Source of the DNA: Seison nebaliae
Lineage: Eukaryota
NCBI GenBank assembly: GCA_023231475.1
Contig: JALJEE010002469.1
Coordinates: 1 to 64,000 of the forward strand
Reading direction: 5' to 3'
Length of the DNA: 64,000 bases
Under the pieces are notes generated by a model. That model searched no databases, was not told where the DNA came from, and was given only the letters and a program-made list of their open reading frames with translations. The position numbers and the translations under genes were made by a program. This document shows, one piece after another, positions 1 through 11,900 of this stretch (positions are counted from its first letter, which is position 1; each line of letters opens with the position of its first letter).

Positions 1-135
1 AACGACTCAAAAACTGTAAGTCATTTAGTCGTTTATGTATACATAGTTTTTAGTCGACTCTCTTAGTCGACCAACAGATCGACTCTGAATGAGCCGTATA
101 AAACGACTGAGTCGATCGTTTTGACTGTTTAACAG
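1..135. repeat. Cluster of short AGTCG/CGACT palindromic motifs, possibly the end of a non-autonomous DNA transposon cut by the window edge
   Basis: Repeated aacgact, agtcgtt and agtcgac motifs in both orientations within 135 bp. No partner terminus is visible. Confidence 0.3.
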
Positions 136-433
136 GTCTAGTTATGTCTTATAAAAAAGTTCAGAAATATTTAAACATTCGAATGAATTTAAGGTTTTTA
201 GTTAAGATGATAGTGAAGAAGATGATACGGATGAGAAAGAGAACGAATGTTATTAAAATTTGAAATGAATAAATTTTTTTTCTATAGTTAACAAAAATAA
301 ATCTTTGTTTCAGTTAAAACTAACTAACCGAAGTATAGTTCACTTGTAAGTTATATTTTTATTTTTATACATATTTCAGTAATAAGCTTCTGTTTTAAAG
401 CACAACATGTAAACTGTTAGGCTCACAAAATCA

Positions 434-500
434 TTAGTGTGGGCATCAAGCATACTTTTTTTTAAAAAAGTATCCCAAGTATGCCTCTTGCCCACCCCTG
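434..500. mobile_element. hAT-like terminal inverted repeat or collapsed mini-element
   Basis: The right end TTGCCCACCCCTG (488-500) is the reverse complement of CAGGGGTGGGCAA, a typical hAT-like terminus. An imperfect partner GTGGGCA-n4-GCATACTT lies at 438-457, and there is an internal hairpin ATACTTTTTT/AAAAAAGTAT. No matching 8-bp TSD was found. Confidence 0.45.
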
Positions 501-615
501 GTCTATATACTTGCCAAGTAATCGATCCTGATCATGAAGGAGGCATATCAGTCGTACCTATCGTACCTATCGTACCTCATATAAACAATTAACACTACGG
601 GACGTAGTTTCACAC

Positions 616-685
616 GGGGACGGGAGATGTAAGAGGTCTAAACATAGTTATGGCTATGCCAACAGAAATGGACAATTTTTCTGAA
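616..685 (+). mobile_element. Polypurine tract plus the first 58 bp of an LTR (truncated 3' LTR), opposite in orientation to the LTR at 1431-1867
   Basis: GGGGACGGGAGA (616-627) is directly followed by TGTAAG. Positions 628-685 match the reverse complement of 1810-1867 at 55/58 nt. Confidence 0.75.
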
Positions 686-1310
686 TATCTGTTTTGTGTG
701 TTTCTAAAACTGTTATTTGGTGATCTTCCTCGTTGCATTTGGTATACTCCTTCTATTCCCGGTTCGTTTAAATCTTCACTAAAAATGCTATCATGTTTGT
801 GTTGCCTATCTGTTCGTGAATTCCTTTTTGTTTGAAGAAGCTTCTTTGTTTTTCGTTGTTCAAAAAGATTAACAATAAGTTTGAAATGGTTCTTTTGAAA
901 TCTATCGAAAATGGGTGGGGTGTTGTAATGAAATCTAATGCTGCATTTATACGTAAATATTTAACATATAGTGAGGGCTCTTTTTTCGTTACTGCTTTGC
1001 GCCCGATATTCGTTGTAGCATTTTTAGTGCTTCCATTAATGTATACGTATCTAGACTTTTCATTATTTGTCTTGTTTCGCGATCCATCAAGAATTTATAT
1101 ATTTGCATTTGTTCTTCTTCCGTATAATTCGTGCCTTTCATTCTATCCTCCATGTCGTCGATCCATTTACAAGCGTCTGTATCCGCGTTTAAGGGCTCAG
1201 CATCTCCAAAAAACTTTCGTATTTCATGTTGGAGGTTGAAGTTTTCTCTTGCTCTTTTGTTGTAACCGATTGTTATCCGTATTACTACCGTTATCTTTTT
1301 TGTTTGCCAT
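686..1310 (-). pseudogene. Degraded retrotransposon gag-like ORF
   Basis: ATG at 1310 lies downstream of the PBS. After a frameshift the frame reads EIRKFFGDAEPLNADTDACKWIDDMEDRMKGTNYTEEEQMQIYKFLM, a gag-like F-x-G...W...E pattern. There is an in-frame TAA at 991-989 and further frameshifts. Confidence 0.6.
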
Positions 1311-1413
1311 TGTTAAACCAAAGTAACTTATTTCTGTGATGTTGGGGTTGTTGTTGTGGTAGATATTGTATGTGTTGAAGACGATAAGTAGGTAATGTGG
1401 ACGTAATCGTTAA

Positions 1414-1427
1414 ACTCGCTGCTACCA
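1414..1427 (-). other. Primer-binding site (TGGTAGCAGCGAGT) of the LTR retrotransposon
   Basis: Begins with TGG, 3 nt after the LTR-terminal ...CTTACA. From memory it resembles the complement of an initiator tRNA-Met 3' end; the tRNA identity is not verified. Confidence 0.7.
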
Positions 1428-1430
1428 ATT

Positions 1431-1867
1431 TGTAAGCTGGTCTTGCTTACGTTAATTAAGATAATAATTGAGATGTTAATCAACGAGATTTGTAGGAATT
1501 AATTGTTTTTATTCAATTAAATTGCGTAAAGCGAAATGGTAATTTGATAATTAATATATTATGATTTCTTAGAATGAATATATAAAATATGACGCGCGAC
1601 TTATATAGATGTGCTTAGGGTCATTAAGTTAATTGCGTAAAATATGATAAGAACATAAATTTAAACGATTGGACCACAGGTCGTTAATAATAAAACATTA
1701 ATTCGGAACAGTTTTCAGTTGATGAGCAAGAAACGTTGGTCAAAGGTCAGCGTATCTCTTAATTGTTTCGGCAAACGGCGTCTTAATTGATTCTCATTAA
1801 TTGTTTTCTTTCAGACAAATTGTCCATTTCTGTTGACATAGCCATAACTATGTTTAGATCTCTTACA
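1431..1867 (-). mobile_element. 5' LTR (437 bp) of a Ty3/Gypsy-type element
   Basis: Inverted termini TGTAAG...CTTACA. On the minus strand there is a TATA-like CTATATAA near 1601-1608 and AATAAA at 1513-1508. It is followed by the PBS and the gag-like ORF. Confidence 0.8.
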
Positions 1868-2388
1868 CATAATTATAATAATAAAATATGCTTAAATGGT
1901 AATAGCTACGAAAAGAATATGAAGATTAAAAGTGAATTCCTCTCCGAAAAACTCCATTTCGGTGAATTTCTCTCAGAATAATATCATATTATCCTCCATA
2001 AAGTGAATGCCGCTCCGGGATTTACTCTAAGGATACCTCGCTGTCAGCGATAATAAAGTTATCTAGATTGATTGCTAAATCAAATTTTCAGATATTTTGA
2101 AATTTTATTTAATATTCTTTCATAAAACATGGAGTTTCCTATGTTCCTGAATTTATGAAATGTAACATATGTGTAAATTTCAGAACATTTTCTACCTACT
2201 TTACTACAACATTTTAGTATATTTATTTATTAGTAGACAATATTAAAAATGAAAAAGAATTAAACTGAATTTCAAACAGTTGAAAAAAATATGCGCTTTT
2301 GTTATCAACATAAAAATAAAGAAATTCAAGCGAAAAAGTGATAAAGTAAATATTAATTTTTTAGTTAAAAATTTATTGAAAACAAATA

Positions 2389-2452
2389 ATGACAAGACTC
2401 ACTGGAGGGACTTGTCATTATTGTTAACATTCCCTTCAGTGGGTCTTGTCAT
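2389..2452 (+). ncRNA. Pre-miRNA-like hairpin candidate
   Basis: 22-bp stem (2389-2410 with 2431-2452) and a 20-nt loop region. The only two non-Watson-Crick positions are G-U pairs on the + strand. Confidence 0.3.
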
Positions 2453-2569
2453 AAGAATTAAGAAGAATTTAAGAGGTTAACCATTCAGCTATAAAATTTC
2501 TTTTGTTCATCATTGTTCTACAGAAATTTCAAAAAATGAGTCAAAATTGACTCAAAAAAAGAGGAAATC

Positions 2570-2823
2570 TGAAGGAGAAATTGAGACGTTTGGATATCAT
2601 CAAGTTAGATTCATATCATACAAACCTTCATGAATCTGATTAGTTATCCAGGGATTTGATGATATCCTATAATGTCTACAAAGACGACCGCTAACGTAAG
2701 TTCGGTATTGGTTAAGTGATTGGACACCAATTAGGTGGTGTCCTTGTTCCTTTTCTACATATGTGGAAACGGAAAAATTTCACCAGAATCCATAAGGAAC
2801 ATGGAGATATTATAACATCCTTC
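2570..2823. ncRNA. Candidate multibranched structured RNA of about 255 nt, family unknown
   Basis: Nested inverted repeats: TGAAGGA/TCCTTCA closing stem, GGATATCATCAA/TTGATGATATCC (2592-2603/2656-2667), AGATTCAT/ATGAATCT, GGACACCA/TGGTGTCC (2722-2743) and TGTTCCTT/AAGGAACA. Confidence 0.3.
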
Positions 2824-3178
2824 AAACCGATAATTAATAATCCAAAAATATTTCATAAAATTTTCTTATTTCCATCAGTTGTTGTTTATAATTTCCCAAA
2901 ACATATTCAAAGAATTTCCATCTTGTTCATACTTTTACTCGTAATAAACTTAATTCTTAATTTAAAAATTTGACAAATTTAATTCGACTCAAATTTTACC
3001 AATTAAGTTTACAGACCTTACAAATCACTAACAGTAAAAGTAAGTCCTCAGACAGATTTAGCAAAGAAAAGTTCTCGTCATTTGTTTAGGATTAAAATTT
3101 TACAGTTTACCGTATATATACACCAATACCGATGTTCATTCTCATTCGGTAACCATTTTTAAACTACAAATTTTTTAG

Positions 3179-3405
3179 ATAATTCCGATCATCATCAATT
3201 ACCTCTAAGCGGAGTAGTTGATCTTCAGAACGACTGTGTAACTTCATCTCTGAATATCTCCTTCGTCATTCATTGTCCAAATTACATCTGGTGTCATTCA
3301 GTTTATGGATGTTTATCTTCATCCGATCAACTTATTGCCTAGTACCTAATACCTAATTCTACTTCAGATTATCAACCATTGAATGATGATCAATGCAAAA
3401 GATAA
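3179..3405 (+). pseudogene. Possible decayed exon with a PSI-like cysteine pattern
   Basis: After a TTTTTTAG acceptor it reads ...NDCVTSSLNISFVIHCPNYIWCHSVYGCLSSSDQLIA*YLIPN...DQCKR*, with one internal stop. Confidence 0.2.
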
Positions 3406-4109
3406 TGGATAATTCATAACATTCTTGTTCTTCTTCAATCAATTCAAATTGAAAATTAAACATTCAAAAAATTGAATTATTCATTGAAAAGAAACCCTGA
3501 GAGAATTCCTTGATTTCTTAAGGTTCTATCTTAATTTCGAAATATTTTGTAGAAAAATTAAATTCAGTTTAATTTTAATATAATATATATAACCTAATAA
3601 ACTTAAAAAGGTATTAAACTAAACTTTAATTTTTACTATTAAGGTAGATGGGACCGTCTTAAAGGATATTTTTATTACATAATTTCCCAGTATAATTCAT
3701 CATTCGGATAATGGTGATCGCACAATATCTATGGCGGTGTGAATAATATGAGTAGTAAGCGGAATGGACGGTTGGACACGAATCAACCATCAACATTTAC
3801 GTGTCGACAATCTATTCGTTTATTTCCGAGTCCGCTTAATAATTGATATTAGGCGTCTTCACATAAATTCTATTCTGATTAACTCTAATTCTGTTTTGGA
3901 GGCAAAGGGAAATAAAGGAATGAGAGTAAGTAAAAGTTGATTTGATGATGATCGAAGAAATCGAAACATCATTTCAACGCCTAAAAATCTTACTGGAACT
4001 ATATAAATGCGTCTCTGTATGGAAAGTTGCCTTCCAAATGAGAACTTGCATTTGATAAAACGAAAATCTATTAGTAATCATGATACCTGATAGAGTCAAC
4101 TTCAATACA

Positions 4110-4380
4110 GTTTCAACTTCTTTCTTAATGATTTGATGATAAATCAAAGAATAATCTTCTGTAATTTAGCAACTTTTATCATCCATCAAATTGCAACATA
4201 AAATTGTTATTCTCTATTCTTTTATTTATATTCATCTACAATTAATAAGATTCATTTTGCGACGGTTCCTTATCATCCTTCCAATCATTAACTTCTCCCA
4301 ACGTTCTTTCCTTTAAATGTTCATCTACTATCCAATAACCATAATTTTCAATAACCGATATCTTTACAGTTTTGTTGAAA
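4110..4380 (-). pseudogene. Possible decayed C-type-lectin-like domain
   Basis: YGYWIV...NDWKDDKEPSQNESY* and, in a shifted frame, LMDDKSC*ITEDYSLIY loosely follow the CTLD WIG...W..GEP...W.D..C order. Stops and a frameshift are present. Confidence 0.25.
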
Positions 4381-4580
4381 GCGGTTCATCTTGACCCACA
4401 TTCATCTTAAATGATCTCATTTATTACAAATTGATGCTGCCCCTTTAACGAAACTGTATGACTATTGGATGATAATCGAACTCAATTTAATTTTTCACTT
4501 TTGTAATCAATTTATCTCCTCAGTGTTTTAGCACTTCAACTAACTATATAACTGAACGAGGAATAAATTACTAATGTTTT

Positions 4581-4952
4581 GGATTGCAGGTGAGTTGTCA
4601 GTTGGTCATGAATCCAGTTGACCTTTTCCTAATAAATTCTATCACTTTCAATAAATTTCCCAATTTTTAAAACTGATAATTTTCCATAATTTTTTTAAAC
4701 AACATGAGAAAGATGAATTATAGATTTTTTAAAAATTTGATGTTGATTTTTGAAATAAATGTAATTTAAAAAGAAATAAAAATACTACCTTGTAAAGCAT
4801 TTGAAACTCTTTCTAATTAACAGTTAAAAATTTTTCTAATGTAAGTTAAATTCAACATCATATCTTAAACATTTCTTACAAAAAAAGTTTTCAAAAAAGT
4901 TGAAAAAAATCAACTGGATTCATAACCAATTAACATTCTTCACCTACAATCC
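4581..4952. mobile_element. Mutator-like (MULE) MITE, 372 bp
   Basis: Imperfect TIRs of about 41 bp (GGATTGCAGGTGAG...ATGAATCCAGTTGA and TCAACTGGATTCAT...CACCTACAATCC). Perfect 9-bp direct repeat TAATGTTTT at 4572-4580 and 4953-4961. The interior is AT-rich and non-coding. Confidence 0.85.
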
Positions 4953-5766
4953 TAATGTTTTGAATTGGTAAGTAGTAGTAGGTATATTGATATTTGAGTG
5001 TAGTAGGTATAATGTTTGAGAATTGGAAAATAGAAAGATGGATAAGTTGTAGATTTTGATGGTATAAGAATGATTAAAAGTTTCTTTCATTTGCACGCAA
5101 TAAAATCAAGAAATTGTGTAAAAGAGAAAATATGTCAGGATGTATGTTGATGCATATGAAACTGAACGACGCACGCGAAGCAAAGCGGCGGTACAATTTA
5201 ACGTTATGAGACGAGAGTCATTTCAACATTTCTCCTCAAGTCAAATGCGAATGAAATGGAGGAGATATGCCTCTCACTTGATTAAATGATTAAAGGAATG
5301 AATACGATTTCGATTCGATAAGAACGAGAATATGTTTTAAAATATGTTTAATATTCTTTCATAAAAATAATAATAGTCGCGAAGAAAAAGTGGAAGAAAG
5401 TTCGGAAAATCAACTTTCCATATCTCATCCAACAGGAAATATTAAGAAACTGATGACTGCTCACATGGGTTCTTAATGAAAAGGACATAGTTAGAAAATA
5501 TTTCATGATGATTAGCATCGTGATGAAATGTTAAGAAAATGACCAAATAAATGGAAGAATCAGAGTGAAATTTCTATTCTTGTCAAAAAGAGAATAATTC
5601 TTTGAATTATTTATAAAATAATTCTGTGAAGAGATGAATGAATTGGACAATCAATAATATTTTGAAATAGTGATAAGAGGAGAATAAATTAAATTGAAAT
5701 TTTAAATTTAATTCTTGCAATCATTTAATATCATGAGAGAGTCAGGAAGATGGTAAGAATAAAGAA

Positions 5767-8700
5767 TCAGAGTAAGATGCAACAACAACTCGATGGATTG
5801 GGAACGTTCGCTCGATTGTCCGTTTCTTTAACATCTTCTTTCACTGCGACACTTATTGGGATATTGGTTGTTTGGTTTTCGGTTTTTTTCTAGATAAAAG
5901 ACACAAAAAATTATGAAAATGTGACAAAATTTTTTTTTCGGAATTATTTAGCCATTCATTTGCAAAAACAAGTCGAGACAGAATGATTTGACGCTCCGAT
6001 TAATTATGGTGAAGTGGAGACAATGTCAATGGAAAAGTTAGTTGTGGGTTAGATTAATTTAGTCTCTGGTGTGAGATGGTTAAGACAATGGGCAGAAATT
6101 AATGGGACAACATTCCACAATGAGTTATAATAGATGTTGATGAGTAGCACAAATAGAAAATGGGACACTAATGAAGAAAGAATGGAAGGCAATCAATTAC
6201 GAAGTGATAAGCTAAAAAAAAATAAAATTTTTTGGATTATCATTTACCTAAAAAAGCCATTAACGAAACGAACGATAACTGTGACCAATCCAGAAGTAGT
6301 TTCTTCCTTCTTCTTTTCCGAAATATCATCCACTGCTACAAAAGGAATTGGTAAGAGAGTAAAATAATCAAATGAACTTTCTTCTTCGTTGTCGTTCTCT
6401 ACTTTAAGTTCTGGAGCGATAGACGCCTTCTGATGTTCGGGTACGGGACCTTCCGCCATTTCCGTATTGGTCAAATCATTCGGATTAATTGAATCATTCT
6501 TCTCTTCTTTACATTCCAATAAATTTCGTTTCCATTCGATTTTGGGAGAAGTCGTTCTCCGAACACCAGTCGATTTATCCATTTTCTTATTCTCCTTCTC
6601 ATCACCTTCTCCGTCAATTGTTTCATTTCGTTTCTCTTCATTGGTCATCGATACAACAACTGGAGCTGAATCATTTGAAATATCTAAAATCTCTACCGAA
6701 TTATTTCTTGCCTTCTCATCGGATGAGAGAGACATTAGAGTACATTTAGGTTCTGATTCTTTCTTTATTTCTTCATCAATTTCATTTTTATTTTCTGTAA
6801 CGATTACATCGATATTATCTCGTTCAGCTTCATAACTCAACATATTGACATCAACTACTTTTTCATCTGATTTCTTATAAGTCTCTAATTCTTGGGAATT
6901 AAGAGAATTCTCCAATTTTTCGACATCTTCCGATTGTTTCGTTAACTTTTCTACATCTTCCGAATGGTCCGTCAATTTTTCCACATCTTCAGATCTTTCC
7001 GTTAACTTTCCCACATTTTCAAATTTTCCATTAATTGCTTCAGAATTCTCAATTACTTCAATCTTCTCTTCGACATGTTCTTCCGACTTTTCTGAACTAT
7101 CACCATTCTCTTCCATTCCTCTCGTCATTTCATTATGTGCTTCAATTTTTTCTGACTTGTAAACTATTTGTAATTCTTCCGAACTATCAATTTCATCCAA
7201 ATGGTCGCCATTTTGAATATGGTCGAGTTTGTCCGATACTGTTTTAGAAGGACTACTATCCGAATCATGTAATGATATAATCTCCACGTTTGGCTTATCG
7301 TCAACTTGAATTTGTGTGGAATCTTTTAATTCGTTCTCTAATTTTTCATCCGTCTTCGGAAAAAGAACCATCGGAGATGCATTATGATTATTTTCATTCT
7401 CGAATTCCTCATTCACATCAATGACATTCTGACTATTATTATCAATTAGTTGGACGATCTGTCTCGATAATTTCTCTTCAGATAATTTCATATCTTGTTT
7501 ATTCTCGTTCGTTTCATCTAACGACAAATCAGTGACGTTGTCGTTGTCGTTGTCTGGTTGAGTTGAAGAAGTATCGTCTGATGATTGGAGAACGTCATCA
7601 GAAATTGATGGAGTGGTGGAAGTTTCATTGAAACTATCATGTAAATCGTTATTCATTATCTGATCGGTATTGTCGGTGGGAGCGGTGGTGGAATCGATGG
7701 TGAATGTCTCAATTCCATCACCAGATATATTGAAGGAAGAACATCGATCACCATCATTTCCATATTCGACTTGATTTATAACATTATCTCCAACTTGTAT
7801 ATATGGTCGATTAAGTTCGATATGTTCCATCATCACATCAGGATTGAGTGCCATATTGGTCCCTATCAATTCCTCCGTTTCCATACTCCCAAGTAGATTA
7901 TTGGTGTTGATGATATTCTCCACTCGATTGATGGGAGGATTATTGTCATAATTAATATCAGCTTCAGTCACATTAACTCGTTCTTCGATATTTTGTTCGT
8001 TCTCATTATTATCTCCATTATCATTCAACAATTCGAGTGGAATTCCATCATCACTCAACATCATACCTTCCAATCCATTCGACAACGAATGTGTGGAGAA
8101 TGTCTGTTGGAGAGATCCTGATCGGATGTCTAACTCTTCCGAATTTAATTCAGATGTTGTTATTTCTTCTTTGTCGTCGTTGTTTCCTAATGAGAAATTT
8201 CCATCGATTCTCGTCGATATTTCGGCTGTCGTATTCTGATTATCGATCTCGTCGATTATTTCTTTCTCCGCCAGTAATTCCTCATTTCCTGTAATTTCTA
8301 TGGAATCGATGCCACGAATTGCAGTGTCTGCCGTATTTACAGTTGCTGTCTCTTGTGAATTGGATGAATTGTCTTCGTTTTCTATGTTCATTTGTCCGTC
8401 TTTCTCGTCTCGATTCTCGATGGATATTACTGCTTGTTTGTTAGATTGCGTATGGAGATCAGCAGTATGATCCATACTATGAGGAGGATCATCAGTTTGA
8501 CTGACATCCTCCTCATATCGAGCGGTATCATTGGTTATATCATCACATTCATCTTCTTCTTTCATCAATTCCTCATCATCATCGTCATCTAGTTCCCTCG
8601 ATGAACGTTCTTGTTTTTCATTCATCGCATCTCCAAATTCAATTACATTATCATTATTATGTGATACATCTCCATTCGGAATCAATTTAGTAGTTTTTTC

Positions 8701-8919
8701 CAATTCTTCGTCAATATTCATATCACCGTTTCGTTCCATTCCGATGTCTTTTTTTGTGTTTTTTATTAATTCATCTACTTCATTCATCATATCATCATTT
8801 TCGATAGTATTGTCGCCGTTCGTACAATTATCTCCCACTTCCAAAGTAGATGTTGGTGCCAATGAAGTTGCTGGTGCATTCGACGCATTCTCTTCCTCAT
8901 TCATTTCAGAGAAGCTCAT
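5767..8919 (-). CDS. Acidic, intrinsically disordered protein (about 918 aa) with a C-terminal CaaX box. Exons 8919-6286 and 5889-5767
   Basis: 891-codon D/E/N/S-rich ORF. The phase-0 donor at 6285 (TTG|GTCACA) fits the phase-0 acceptor at 5890 (TATCTAG|AAA), adding KKTENQ...NPSSCCCILL*. The junction is inferred. Confidence 0.7.
6912..7020 (-). repeat. 30-nt coding tandem repeat, about 3.5 copies (VEKLTxxSED)
   Basis: The protein reads VGKLTERSED VEKLTDHSED VEKLTKQSED VEKL. Confidence 0.85.
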
Positions 8920-11900
8920 TCTAATGAATGAAATAAAACGAATAAATTTTCCGATCGGTTAATGCCAAAATAAACTTGTTCCGATAAATGAAGAATTCAG
9001 ATAGTCGAAAAAAAAGGAAATATAATTCTTATCAGTATTAAAAGGAATAAACTATATCTCTAAACTAACTAGAAGATATTCGTTGAAAGATTTTGACAAG
9101 AAGAAATGTAAACTGTAAAGAGTGACTTGGTTAATCAGTTTAAGTTCCGTTCAATTTTGTTTCAGAAGAAAAGAGACGAATCAAGTTCAAATGTAAAATT
9201 GAAAAGAGTTCTGTGTGAAAATTTGAAAAATGGAACGAAAATGTATCTTCTCCACTTATAATTCTTGAAAACAAAAAGGTAAACATTCGAACGAATTCCC
9301 ATTGAATATTTAGGAATGATGAATCAAACATTTTAATTCAATTCTACCATCCCCAGATGAACACACACACACACATGTATTTTCCACATAAGCAAATAGA
9401 AAGCAAACAACGTCCGACCAGTAATAGACGAAAGAAATTATTTTGAATTCCTCAGAAAAATCTTCTCATCTCCTCTCACCAATCTCCATTGGAAGTATGT
9501 TTAAACGGTTATCATAAACTCAATTGATACCTTGAACAATATATATCTTCCATTTGAGAAAATTTATACATTCCTACATTGAATCAGCCACTTTCAACTT
9601 ATGAAATGAAACTGCATGTAATTGGGAAGCGAACGATGAGAAAACATTTGATCCTCGACGAAACAATCAACTTTAATGATTATCATCTCACGATTTCGAC
9701 TCAACATATCTCCCACAATATCTTATTGAAAAAAATGAAACTTCTCCAATTAATCGACTAGTTGAAAAACTTAATTATCATTTCATATCAAGCATACGTT
9801 AACGAACGACTATATACAAACCAAACTAAACTACTACGTTTCTTCATATTAGACAGACTCTCTACAACTTATCACTCATTTTGTCTATGACTAACTTTGG
9901 CCTTTTGGTCCGATTTGGCTTTTTTGAAAAAGTTTCGCAATTCGCCAATTTCCTCTTATCTCTCTGAACTTTGACGAGACATCGAACCGAAAAGAAACAT
10001 CATTTATCCTCTGATGTATTAACTCATAGAATAAATTTGTATCACTTCAAATTTCACAACATGTACCATAGAAATCTTACGAAAACAACAAAAACAATGA
10101 TAATGAAACTTATCAGACGTGAACATGAAACTACTTCTCTCATCCAACTAACTTGAATGATCGCTGAGTTGGAATTAAATGAGTTTCATGAAAACAAAAT
10201 AGGTACGTGAAATGAAAAAATGTGCAATTATTCCTAAATAACAAACATTAAGTAAACGTACTGTTGGGAATTGGATTGAGTGTAAGAAGAATGATTCAGT
10301 ACCGATTTCACTCGTAGTCGTTTCTAGAACGAGAGATGAATGAGAAATGTGAAAAAGAAAAATTTGAAAAGTAGTACTAGGAGAAGGAGAGAATTTAATG
10401 AAAAAAATTAAAATTTTCTCAAGATAAAAAAAGAAAAATTTTAAATATATTTATTTATGGAGAGGACTGTGCACAAAAAATAATACAGTTAACATGCCAA
10501 ACAAGATGTACAAGAGGAATTCATTTAACATTCTTTTGACTCGATGCAAAGCGAATTCTACAGACATGGTTACTCAAAAAGGAAATAGAAATGGACAAGT
10601 TCAAATTGGCAGGAATTGGTCGAGGGTAAGAGAGGAAGAAAAAGAATAGTTTATGAATAATAATGATGTATTCTTTGACATGGATTGTATGAGATCTCCC
10701 TAACTATCTGTATAGAATTCTCTGTTCGCTCTCCTCTCTTGCCTATATACTCGGAATCAGATGTTCAATGGAAAAAATTCCGATTATTACTAGGCCAATA
10801 AAAAGATTAATAATTTTGTATATGCATCATTTCCCTCTCGTCGTGGTAACGATGATTCATTCCTTTTTCCAACTGTCGATAATTAGAAATTGAAACGAAA
10901 GAGGAAATATGTAAAAACCCAAATTGTTTTTCAGTTTCACTTCTTCACTAAAAGCTTCGTAAAATTCGATTGAAATTTAGATTTGACTGATTGAGAGATT
11001 TCTCTCGTTTGACAAATTCCAGTTACCATCACCAACTGTATGCGGACAACAGATAAACAATTTATTTCAAATAAATCTCTCCATTAAACGATGAGTGTTT
11101 GGAAAATAAAAATTGAAAAAAATTCTTTCAGTTTCAGACAACATCATTACCACTTTCGAACAGAAACTGATAAGAAAACATAAATTACATTTAGAAACTA
11201 GACCCAGAAACAAAAAATTATTCTACATACATGTCTTGCTTCATGGCAAAGTTCGGACATGGTGGACCTGTTAGACTGGCATACCAATGTGATTTCTATT
11301 GACCGTCATCTGCCCCAACAACATATTTATATATTTATCACAATCTTTCATATCGAATGATATATTAATATGTAGGACAAAAGAGCGACCAGACTAAAAA
11401 ACCATGAAACTGAAGAGTCTCAGATAAAACATTCATGGACAAGAGAGCCATATCGCATGACACATAGCCATATGGTATGAAGAGTCAACATCTAAACGAA
11501 TATTTTGGGAAAGAACATTCTAAAACTTTTGTGATAAAATTTGTGATTACTGAAATTTCATTAAAATGATTCAAAAGAATAAAAAGGACTGATAAGAAAA
11601 GATGAGTCCAGTAGAACGAGTCCAAAAATGAAAAAATGTCGATAGATATGAAATGATTTTGATAAAAAATTTATAATTCCTTTGTCATTTTATATATTAT
11701 ATATTATATATAGCATTAAACATTATCACAAACGAGTAGAGTTAAAGACTAATTTAAAAGAATTATGATTATTATTTAAAATATATGTTGAAAGATAATG
11801 CCACGTAGTCATACAGTTAATAACTGAAATTTCACGCCGAGAATAATCGAAATGGACAACGGAAATATTGAGTGGAAAAACGAACTATTATTAGGGGAAC

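Noticed and set aside
650..1239. Plus-strand ORFs 650-835 and 832-1239
   Set aside because: They are antisense shadows of the decayed gag and the LTR fragment, with no protein motifs.
1931..2020. Three degenerate GTGAATxxCxCTCxG repeats
   Set aside because: Too few, irregularly spaced and divergent to call an array. CRISPR is not plausible in this eukaryotic context.
3640..3900. Minus-strand frame with several TAA/TAG stops, suggesting a variant genetic code
   Set aside because: Conserved genes in the window end at TAA, TAG or TGA normally and have no internal stops. Decay or chance is the simpler explanation.
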